Positions 1 through 10,063 of a stretch of 14,139 bases of DNA are shown here, one piece after another; position 1 is the stretch's first letter; each line of letters starts with the position of its first letter. The notes beneath the pieces are model-generated. The model made no database searches, was not told the origin of the DNA, and saw only the letters and a program-made list of their open reading frames with translations. The stretch comes from Zygophlyctis sp. KS116. Lineage: Eukaryota > Fungi > Chytridiomycota. A program made the translations under genes and the position numbers. The DNA is taken from NCBI GenBank assembly GCA_054661495.1, contig BAAFSQ010000257.1, forward strand, positions 1 to 14,139, read 5' to 3'.

Positions 1-252
1 GTTTTCATAATTGGAATATCTTCGTTTCTTTTAGTTTAAATTTGTCTTATTCTGATCAAAGGTCCACAAACATAACATTTCAAATGATTTCCAATTAGTT
101 ATATATTTTTGAATTAAAAGAAATCGTTTTATTTATGATATACTTTGTATAATACATAAATGTGTAATGCTATTACGAAAAGTTCAAGCTCTGGAAAGTA
201 TTTGAATATATGGTAGAATTCAACCTTGCCCAAGCCCTCATAAAATCTCGAA

Positions 253-2441
253 ATGTCCAACGCTGGATCTGTGCCTGGAAAGGGCAAGAAGGGAAACGGG
301 AAGAAGAAGAGTATTGTGAACGAGAAGGCTATTTTTGTGTGGCAAGCCCTGGTTGTAAGAATAATATCTAAAGGAAAGGGATCAAAGGTTTTGGTTGTTC
401 TTTTTAATGGCGCTCAGTACCAAGGGATTTTTCATACTTGGGCTGGTAATTTCTCTCTTGTTGATTATTAGGTAAAGAAATGTCTGTCTGCTTAAAGGAA
501 GCAAGACGTTTAAATTCGCCTAATCAAAGCCAAACTAGAAGTGTACCACAGCTAATTATCAATGGATCTGATGTTTTGTATTTAACAGCTGATACGGTGG
601 ATTTATCTTTTAATGATCTCAAAGCAGATGGCTTCAAGACTGATACTGCTATATCAGGACATGCAGGGGGGATAAAGGAAAGAGAACTCGAAAAATGGCA
701 GGCCGAGGAAGAATTCTCCCCAACAATGACTTTAGGAAAGCAAACTCGCTGGGATCAATTTGAAACAAACGAAAGATTGTTTGGAGTTGAAACAGACTTT
801 CATGAAGATGATTACACTACAAAATTGGATCGCTCAGATCCTTCATTCAAAGAAAAGGAGGCGAATGCTTTGCGATTAGCCAAAGAAATTGAGAGCGTAA
901 GCGTTTTGTATACTTAAATTAGGCTGCGTCAGCTAATATTCATATCGCTGAAGAGAGAGGACAAATAATTCACCAAGAGAATATTGATGAGGAAGCTAGA
1001 TATTCGAGTGTTCTTTTAAATGAGAACAATTCAAAAAGCCCAAATCAACATAACAGGAAAAGTCAGGAACTTAAAAAAGGCAATAATAGAGGGCAAAGAA
1101 TTAATGGGGCTAGTAATCCTCCAGGAATCGCTCCAACTTGGTCGCAAGTTGCAAAGGTATTTAGTTTTTTTAATTTGGCCATAGAAATTGACTGATGGTT
1201 TGCCGCAAAATCCAAAATTGCAGTCTGAATCATCATCAAGCGCAGTAGCAAATGAAAATCCAGAAACGGCTACCCGACCACAGAAGAGAGCCTCAAGTAA
1301 ATCTCGAATATCTTTCAATCCAAAAATCTCTGAAATGCCTCAGGCTGATACAAAGGCTTCGTTGAAACCAGAATCTAAGCCAGCAAGCTCAGTACGTGGA
1401 CCGCGTCCTGTTGAACGTCTACAATTTCGTGAGCATATTGCTAGTGCTACAGCTGATCGAAAAATATCCCAGAGAATTATTCAAAAGGAGGCGTTCAAAA
1501 GCTTCAGCGAACAAATTAATACACGGGTAATTTTTTTGGTATTTGACAAATAGCTTCCTAAAATTGGTTCTCCGAATAAAATCGAATCTGGAAGCACCAA
1601 TGCCTCGTCAAAAACTCATCCAAAAGTCGTTCAGGCACCCACAAAAGGCGCTAACGTTTCAGAAGAAAATGATTCCAAAAAAATTGAAGCTAGCACCACT
1701 AAGGGTGTCGATGATTCAGATAAAGTTTCAGAGGCGGATTCGGTGTCAACAGCTACAACTGCCACTCGTAAATTTAAGCTAAATGTCGATGCTGCTGAAT
1801 TTAAGCTAAATGTTGATGCTGCTGAATTTACGCCTTCAGGGGTACATTTTATTAAATGATAAACACTAAGGGTTTCGGGCCTCCCGGTACAGATGTTAAC
1901 TTTCAGAAACGCAAGGGAGGTGGCTCTTTTCCTAAACGAAATTCACAATCTTCAAAGAACTTTGTTCGTCAAAGCTACTGTAAGTTTCTCATTACATAAT
2001 AATTTCAGTTGATAGTGAAAGTCAAGGAGGCGATCCACCCCCGTGTGTGTATATGCAAGCTTATCCGGTATATTTTTAATATTTAACGTGAAGCAAATGT
2101 CCGGGACGCATTTTATTCCAGGAATGCCTCCGGGATCACCGACGGATTCAGGCCAGCCATTTATGCCCATGGTATAATTTATTTCTCTAAATCAATAGTA
2201 TGGGCCTGGATTTGTACCGCCCCCTGGTGGAATGTTTATTCCTCCCTCAGGAGGATATCCTGGTATGCTGCCATATCAAATCGGACCGATGATGGTTCCT
2301 GGTTGGATGCCATATCAAGTCGATGAAAATGGAAATCCAATTTATACTGAGGGATATTATGAAGAGCAAGCCGAAGAATATTATAATGAAGAAACTAATA
2401 ATGAGGCAACCGATTCTCAGGATCAAAATAATAAACTTTAA
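253..2441 (+). CDS. PBP1: Ataxin-2 / Pab1-binding protein Pbp1 homolog (~648 aa after splicing 9 introns: 355-378, 446-471, 897-922, 1157-1184, 1527-1553, 1842-1870, 1980-2008, 2068-2093, 2172-2198)
   Basis: The spliced frame is continuous. It contains an Sm-ATX domain (WQALVGSKVLVVLFNGAQYQGIFH), an LsmAD domain (WDQFETNERLFGVETDFHEDDYTTKLDRS...NIHIAEERG...DEEARYSSV), PAM2 motifs (KLNVDAAEF x2) and a Pro/Met/Gly-rich low-complexity C-terminus. Introns in the low-complexity part rest on frame continuity only. Confidence 0.9.
1771..1830 (+). repeat. 27-bp in-frame tandem duplication (2.2 copies) encoding overlapping PAM2 motifs FKLNVDAAEFKLNVDAAEFTP
   Basis: aatttaagctaaatgtcgatgctgctg / aatttaagctaaatgttgatgctgctg / aattta, with a single synonymous C/T difference. 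Confidence 0.95.
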
Positions 2442-2522
2442 TAAAATACTACATAGAATTAAGTTGCACACTGTCCGATACCTAGGTTCCATTACACTGA
2501 AAAGACTATAAGCCTACTTCAG

Positions 2523-5500
2523 ATGAATGAGATAGCGATTCCTTTACTAGATCTGGAAGACAAAGACAGGAATAAAACCTATCATCGTAGCAAAGATCCT
2601 CGAATCATCACATTTCCAGACAAAAACACACAAAAGTACGAACCAAACGTCGTTCGCAATCAAAAGTATTCCATTTTCAGCTTTTTACCTCTTGTTCTGT
2701 ATGAGCAATTCAAATTCTTCTTCAATCTTTACTTTCTTCTCAATGCTTTTACACAGTTATTGCCCACTTTGCGAGTCGGCTACTTGTTTACATACTTTGG
2801 GCCATTGAGTTTTGTTCTCGCAGTAACGATTTTCAAGGAAGGCTATGACGATTATAAGAGATATCTAAGAGATCTAGAGGCTAACTCTCAAGTTTACGAA
2901 AAACTAACAAGAAATGGTACAATTTTACGATTGTTTAATAATAAAGGATTCGTATGGGTACCAAGTTCACAAATTACAGTCGGTGATTACATTCGTATAC
3001 ATAAAAATGGAAGGATTCCGGCTGATTGTCTTTTGATGAGATCATCTGACCCAGAATCAGTCTTTATTAGAACAGGTAAGAAAATGGGAACCGTAATTAA
3101 AGTTTTGATTATGGTTCTGATCATTTACTAAAAATTTAGATCAGTTGGACGGTGAAACTGATTGGAAAATGAGGCTTCCAATTAGATATTCTCAAAAGTT
3201 ATCTTCAGATGAAGCACTATATCATACTAGTGGTATGGTCACGGTGGAACCACCGCACAAGGATATATACAGGTTTGAAGGAAGAGTATCATGGGATAAT
3301 AACGCATTAATAGAATCAGCAAGCGTGGAAAATACTTTATGGATGAATACAGTACTTGCATCTCAAGGGTCTGTCATTGGACTGGTTTTATATACTGGGG
3401 CTGCTACGAGAGCAGTGATGAATACTTCTTTTCCTGCAACTAAGATAGGGCTACTAGATTTAGAAATTAACAAGATTTCAAAGGTATTTAATATATTCTA
3501 GCTTTTTCTATACGCTTATTATTGATTAATAGATTTTGGCATTATGTACACTTACTCTGGCGATCATTATGGTTGCTCTTGATGGATTTAGAGGAGACTG
3601 GCTAACGCATATTGTTCGATTTTTAGTTCTTTTTTCGGCTATCATTCCAATATCGCTTAGAGTAAATCTTGAAATGGGGAAAACTATGTACTCTTACATT
3701 ATAAACCATGATAAATCTATACCCAATACTATAATGAGAACAACTACAATTCCTGAAGAATTGGGAAGGATCGAGTATTTACTTGTAATTATTTAGAAAT
3801 TTTGATCATATCAGACAGATAAGACAGGCACTCTCACAAAGAATGAAATGAAATTAAGAAAGTTTCATCTTGGACATATGCTTTACGGCTCAGAATCAAC
3901 TGAAGATATAAAAAATATAGTTGATTCCTACATAACGGATAACAATCTAGAAAACTCAAAATTTCAATTTAAGCGCACTCGGGGAGGAGTTTTCGGTAGA
4001 ATGGTCGGTGAATTTGTTGTTGCATTGGCACTTTGTCATAATGTCACGCCTACGATTGACGAAAATGGGAAAATTGAGTATCAGGCCTCTTCTCCAGACG
4101 AGATTGCTATTGTTGAATGGACTCATAAAGTTGGACTGACACTTTTGTCTCGTTCCACAACAGAGCTTACCCTTGCTCTTAACGGAAGTGACATTAAATT
4201 GCGATATGAAATTTTAGCTATTTTCCCGTTTACATCTGATAGAAAACGAATGGGAATTTTAGTCAGAGATATGCAATCAAGCGAGATAACGTTTTATTTA
4301 AAAGGTGCGGATAGTGTGATGATACCTCTTGTAAAAGCTACTGATTGGGCGGAAGAAGAAGTGGGTAATATGGCAAGAGAGGGACTTCGGACGCTGGTGG
4401 TTGCCAGTAAAGCCATGACTGATGATAATTATCTTTTATTCAAAACTAGATATAATGAGGCAAAGTCTAGTATGTCGGATCGATTATCAACTGTTGAGTC
4501 TGTTCTTAATGATTTTTTGGAGCAGAATTTGGACATTATGGGTATTACAGGTGTTGAAGACGGCCTTCAAGTATTATTTTGAATTCTTTAATTGAAGGAT
4601 GATGTCAAAACAACTCTTGAATCGCTCAGAAACGCTGGTATTAAAATTTGGATGTTGACTGGTGATAAAACAGAAACTGCGACATGCATTGCAATTTCTT
4701 CAAAACTTGTTACAAGAAATCAAACCATCTCCGTCATTTCAAAAGGTATAATAATTTAGAAGGGTAACGAAACCAGTTTCAGATCCATCGGAAGCTCTTT
4801 TTGCGTTGAATTCGGTGACGTTGGATTCATGCCTAGTCATAGACGGAGAATCATTAGAAGTGAGATTTCTTGATTTCATACTTACAATGTAGACTTGTCT
4901 ATATCATCATAAACGTGAATTCTTGGATCTCTCAATGTCTTTACCAGTATTGGTCTGTTGCCGTTGTTCTCCAACCCAAAAAGCTCAAGTCACAGAATTG
5001 ATCAAAGATCGAACAAACAAGCGTGTTGCCGCTATTGGTGATGGTGGAAATGATGTGTCAATGATTCAAGCTGCTCATATAGGAATAGGAATAGTCGGAA
5101 AAGAAGGCCAACAAGCATCTCTGGCTGCAGATGTATCTGTTTTACAGTTTAAGAGTTTGACTCGACTTTTATTGTGGCACGGAAGAAACAGCTGTAACTT
5201 ATTAGTTTCACAATTTTAGACAAACGTTCAGCTAAGCTCAGTCAATTCGTTATACATCGAGGACTTATAATATCTATAATGCAAGCAGTATTTTCTGCAC
5301 TTTTTTTCTTTGCACCAATCCCTTTATACCAAGGAGCCATACTAGTTGGTTATACCACTGGTAAGATATAATATTATTAAATCAAGTTTTCACAATGGCA
5401 CCAGTTTTTTCATTAGTTTATGATCGTGATATTACAGAAGATACCGCACTAATGTATCCAGAATTGTATAAAGATTTAAAAAAAGGACGATCTTTGACCT

Positions 5501-5938
5501 ATAAAACATTTTTTATATGGCTTGCCATAAGTATTTATCAAGGTTATTATTTTTTTAGTTAATTAAAAGGAGGAATTATAATGATTCTTTCAATTTCATT
5601 ATTTGATTCTGATCTTACACGAATCGTGTCTATTACTTTTACATCACTTATACTCAATGAACTCTTACTAGTCGCAGTAAAAATCACAAACTGGCATATT
5701 TACATGATCTACGCTCAAGTTTTATCTCTGTTCTTATATGTAATAGCTCTCAAGGTTTTAAAAACTTATTTTGGTAATTAAATTTATGCTTTAATCAAAA
5801 GATTCAGAATTTGTATTTACTATCAGTTTTCTATGCAAGGTATCACTGATCACATGTGGGAGTTCACTTCCATTTTTTGTCATCAAATTGATTCGAAATC
5901 GCATCAATCCAGCAAATTACACAAAGTTGGAAGGCTGA
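2523..5938 (+). CDS. NEO1: P4-ATPase phospholipid flippase, Neo1/ATP9 class (~1014 aa; 11 introns: 2917-2946, 3076-3139, 3484-3532, 3785-3814, 4571-4597, 4746-4776, 4860-4892, 5194-5219, 5361-5386, 5543-5569, 5774-5801)
   Basis: Motifs after splicing: [28 protein letters not shown], the [10 protein letters not shown] phosphorylation site, [44 protein letters not shown] and a C-terminal PANYTKL typical of Neo1. Confidence 0.95.
3087..3118 (+). other. 14-bp RNA stem-loop inside NEO1 intron 2 (64 nt)
   Basis: GGAACCGUAAUUAA-[AGUU]-UUGAUUAUGGUUCU pairs over 14 contiguous bp (11 Watson-Crick, 3 G-U). Confidence 0.75.
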
Positions 5939-5973
5939 GAACGCAAAGGTTTTCGCGTGTGAAAAAGTCGAAA

Positions 5974-8292
5974 ATGGACTCGAATTTGATTCAAACTATT
6001 AATAAATTACAAGACGCCTTTTCAACAGTGTCGATAAATAATCCCATAGATTTGCCTCAGGTATGAATGACTTCCTAAAATTAGATTGCTGTTGTCGGGT
6101 CTCAATCTTCTGGTAAGAGTTCGGTACTGGAAAATATCGTCGGCAGGGATTTCCTTCCTCGAGGCTCTGGAATTGTCACTAGAAGGCCTCTAGTTCTTCA
6201 ATTGATTAATAGACCTAATTCTAAAGGAGAAGTTGGTGGAATCGCCGCAACTTCAGATACAAACTCGCCATCCTCAATCAGAAAATCTGATGCTAAAGCA
6301 GATGAAACGGAAGAATGGGGTGAATTTTTACATGCGCCTGGAAAGAGATTTACGAATTTTGATGAAATTAGAGAAGAGATTGTTAAAGAAACTGATAAAA
6401 TTACTGGTAAAAATGCTGGTATCTCGGCTAATCCCATCAATTTGCGTGTTTACTCTCCAAATGTACTAACTTTAACATTGGTTGATTTACCTGGATTGAC
6501 AAAAGTTCCAGTTGGTGATCAACCAAGGGATATTGAGAAGCAAATAAGGGATATGATTTTAAAATATATTTCAAAATCTAATGCTATTATCTTGGCAGTT
6601 ACTGGTGCTAATACAGATTTGGCAAATTCGGATGGGTTAAAATTAGCAAGAGAAGTTGATCCTGAAGGAATAAGAACAATTGGAGTGCTAACAAAGGTGG
6701 ATTTAATGGACGCTGGGACAGATGTGGTTGATATTTTGGCAGGAAGAGTGATTCCTTTGAGATTGGGTATGATTATTTAAAACATAAAAGATTTTAGGTT
6801 ATGTACCAGTCGTTAATAGAGGTCAAAGAGATATAGAAAATAAAAAGAAAATTAGTCTGGCATTGGATGCAGAAAAGTCTTTCTTTGAAAATCATTCAGC
6901 ATACAAGAGTAAGTCGCAGTATTGTGGTACTCCATTTTTAGCTAGAAAGCTGAGTTTGGTAAGGTTCTGGTTGAATTTAGTTTTAGATTTTAATGCATCA
7001 TATTAAAAACACTCTCCCGGAAATTAAGGCCAAGATTCAAGCAAATTTACAGAAATATCAAGGGGAAATGCAGCAGTTGGGTGATCCTTTAGTTGATGAT
7101 TTCGGAAATCAGTCAAATTTAATTCTAAATATTATTACGGAGTTCACCACAGAATATCGGAATACAATTGATGGAAGCTCTCATGAATTAGCCAGTGATG
7201 AACTCTCTGGAGGGGCCCGTATTAGTTTTGTATTTCACGAGATCTATGGATCTGCTGTCAGAACTATGGATCCATTTGAGCAGATTAAGGACGCTGATAT
7301 TAGAACTATCTTGTATAACTCTTCAGGATCTCATCCTGCTCTATTTGTAGGAACTGCTGCCTTTGAAGTTCTTATTAAACAGCAGATTAAGAGATTAGAA
7401 GATCCGAGTATCAAATGTTGCTCAATGGTCTATGATGAGCTGGTTCGAATACTCAATAAGATTTTGTTGAGACCAGTATGTGTACTTTTTTTAATTTTAG
7501 ATTTTTAAACGATTCCCTATACTAAGAGACAAATTGTATAATGTTGTCATTAATTACTTTAAAAAGTGCATGATTCCTACTTGCAAATTCGTTACGGATC
7601 TAGTTAAGTACGTTTTAATAATTAATCAATTCAGTGCTGAAGCTTGTTACATTAACACTGGCCATCCTGATTTCTTATCTGGACATCGCGCTATGGCGAT
7701 TGTGTCGGACCGCATCACACCGAAACCAGCGTCCAATGCGACCCCCCCTGTTGAAAGAGGTGCTCCAACTCAAAAACCGTTGACACCGCAGCCATTGGCC
7801 GCTTCACTTCCTGCTCGTGATGCTAACGCTGAAATTATTGCTCAGCAAAATGAAGGATTTTTTGGGAGCTTTTTCAAGGGGCAATCATTAGGTAAAAAGC
7901 GACCTGGAGTTCTAGAAGCTGTAATTTTTTATAGATCTCATTCTAGCCTCCTAATGTTTTGAAAGCGACAGGTCATTTAAATGAGCGTGAGATGGTGGAA
8001 ACCGAAGTCATTAGTAAGATTTCTTCCATTTGATTGATTAGAACTTTTGATATTATCGTATTTCAACATTGTAAAAAGAACATCGGCTGATCTGGTCCCT
8101 AAAGCCATCATGTTAAATCTTGTCAATCAGTCTCGTGAAGAGCTTCAAAGAGAGCTTTTGACAGAATTATACAAGAAAGAAGCAATGGAAGAATCCTTGA
8201 AAGAATCTGATCTCACTGTTCAGAGAAGAAAGGAATGCAAGGGCATGATACAAGCATTGCAACGGGCAGATGAAATTATCGCTGCAGTTTAA
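5974..8292 (+). CDS. VPS1: Dynamin-like GTPase Vps1 (~709 aa; 7 introns: 6061-6084, 6767-6797, 6959-6986, 7476-7500, 7608-7634, 7921-7946, 8014-8041)
   Basis: [16 protein letters not shown] (G1), [44 protein letters not shown], and the Vps1-type [35 protein letters not shown] leading into the GED. Confidence 0.95.
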
Positions 8293-8342
8293 GAATGAAA
8301 AGGCTAAATCATATATTTCCTAATAAAATTAAATCTGGGATT

Positions 8343-9724
8343 TTAAATCTTTTTGTTTCGCTTTTTACCAATCGCTGGACTTTCTGGCACTGTTAAAGGC
8401 TTTGTCGACGGATGTACAATTGTGGGCGCAAATGTCTTTACTGGCTGAGCATGGTGAACAGCTTCCTTCCTCAGCTTCTTTACGATTTCCTGCTCTGCAG
8501 CCTAGATAATTACTTTTATTATATGATACCATTTGAATTTTTTGTTGATTTTCTTTAGCCATACTTTCTTCCTCTTCCTTTTGCCTTAAATAATCATTGA
8601 AGTCGTTACGCCGTGCAGCTCTAATTTCCGTACTTAAAACAATGTCTCCTGGTACTATAATCTTTTTGCTAGATAAATGAGGAACCCATGGCCGACCTTC
8701 TGGCAAAGGATTAGCTACAAAAGACTTCATTTCCAATTCGTGCTGCAATTCCTGATCAAATTTTTCTTTCAAATGAGTCTGATAAATTTCTCCTCGTTTA
8801 TCAGTCTCAAGCTTAAACGGCACAGGCTCAGTCAAACTTCGAGTTTCAACTTTTGGTAGAGACTAATCGTAAAATTTCGATAAACTACCGCTGGAGCATC
8901 CAAAGAATGTGGTAAAGGACGAGCCTTAAATTCTCTCTTCTTTACCAATTTGATTTCATCATCCTTAATCTTCTGTTGAAAATCATTCATTTTTGTTTTA
9001 GTAATTGATTCTCCAGGTAATTGAAACTCTCCATTCTCAATTACTCTATGAACAATTGTTGGTACAAAACTCTTTTGTAAATTTGGAACTGGTTTTGCTC
9101 TAATGATCCTATCAGGAGAAGGTTCTGATCTCATAACCACCTTTGGCTTTGATATTGCAGGTGATTTTGGAACTGTTAATTCCATTTTTGCTAATTTCAG
9201 ACCTCTAGGACCTTTTAACGCTCTTTCAGAGACTGGTTTAGCTTTAAAAGGCCTTAACTTGGCCAATTCTTCCAATTCTTTTTCTTCGGTTGTTACAATA
9301 GCTCTAGCATGAGTTCTATTCCGTGTCCTTAAATAAGGACTTTTGGGAAATGTCAATTTTGACAAGTCTCTTTTAGTAATTTTACCAGGCTTAAATTATA
9401 AATACTATTCATACCTTTTTCTTGAACCGATCAGGAGTATTAGTTTCAAAAGCCTTTACTTTTAGAGCCAATGGCACAAAAGGAGAATGACACATTTCCA
9501 CTACTTTCTTTTCTGGCAAATTAAACTTGAATGGCTGTGGAATAGTTAATTCTTTGACTGCCGGACCTGAAATTGTCTTTACATGCATTGGCCCAGGAGT
9601 CCCATCACGAGCATCTATGATTAAAACTCTATAAATTACCAAACCACTTATCAGCATCAGGAGTATTTGCATTATTTTCCATAAAATTCACAAATTTCGG
9701 GGCTTCAAACTCATATTCTTCCAT
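8343..9724 (-). CDS. TPX2: TPX2 microtubule nucleation / spindle assembly factor homolog (~425 aa; 4 introns: 9615-9639, 9390-9414, 8863-8888, 8502-8529)
   Basis: The N-terminus MEEYEFEAPKFVNF...DADKWF resembles the Aurora-A-binding segment. There are repeated LTxPxSP/PF and FKAxP motifs (LTIPQPF, LTFPKSPYLRT, FKAKPV, LTVPKSPAI, FKARPLP, LTEPVPFKLETDKRGE). The C-terminal TPX2 domain reads LSTEIRAARRNDF...KKLRKEAVHHAQPV...KPLTVPESPAI. Confidence 0.85.
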
Positions 9725-9876
9725 TTTATCTTTATAAATTATAGGTATCGCGTTTTTAATAATTTGTCACAAGTGGCTCAAATAAATTGGAAAATTCCGA
9801 TTCTCAAAAGATCAATGTATTAAATTGTGTAGAATTTATTAAAAGATTTTTAAAAGTTGAAAATTGTTTAATCATT

Positions 9877-10027
9877 TTCCGGTATTTTGGTTCGCGTTAA
9901 TTCCGCGTCAAAAATCAGACATTCCGAGTCATGATGTCGCATTCCGAGTCAAAAAATTAAATTCCGTATCTCAAAGAAGAAATTCCGATAAAAGTCCGAC
10001 AAATTCCGTCACGAAACGCTTGTTCCG
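9877..10027 (+). repeat. Phased array of 8 direct TTCCG-core repeats (unit ~20-21 bp; consensus roughly AATTCCGnnTCAAAAA) in the TPX2 / F-box-ankyrin divergent intergenic region
   Basis: TTCCG starts at 9877, 9901, 9922, 9942, 9962, 9983, 10004 and 10023 (spacings 24, 21, 20, 20, 21, 21, 19). An outlying copy lies at 9795. CATTCCGAGTCA is repeated exactly at 9920 and 9940. Confidence 0.85.
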
Positions 10028-10063
10028 AGGAATTTCTAGGCTAAATCATCTGGAAAGTATTTC

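Noticed and set aside
1-252. Possible gene fragment upstream of PBP1
   Set aside because: Only short open frames on either strand, with no recognisable motif.
3075-3144. NEO1 intron 2 as a [D1,2] stwintron (G|GT...AG|T nested intron)
   Set aside because: Two-step removal of 3075-3139 shifts the frame, and using the CAG at 3144 deletes the conserved DQ before LDGET. A single 64-nt intron fits the protein.
3484-3532. 49-nt intron as two tiny introns flanking a 12-nt microexon
   Set aside because: This needs 18- and 19-nt introns (one GC-AG), below the observed floor, and would insert LFLY into a segment that matches Neo1 without it.
9877-10027. TTCCG array as a CRISPR array or a budding-yeast CDEIII centromere element
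   Set aside because: The conserved core is only 5-7 nt with ~15-nt linkers, there are no cas genes and the context is eukaryotic. It also lacks the TTCCGAA/CDEI-II-III layout.
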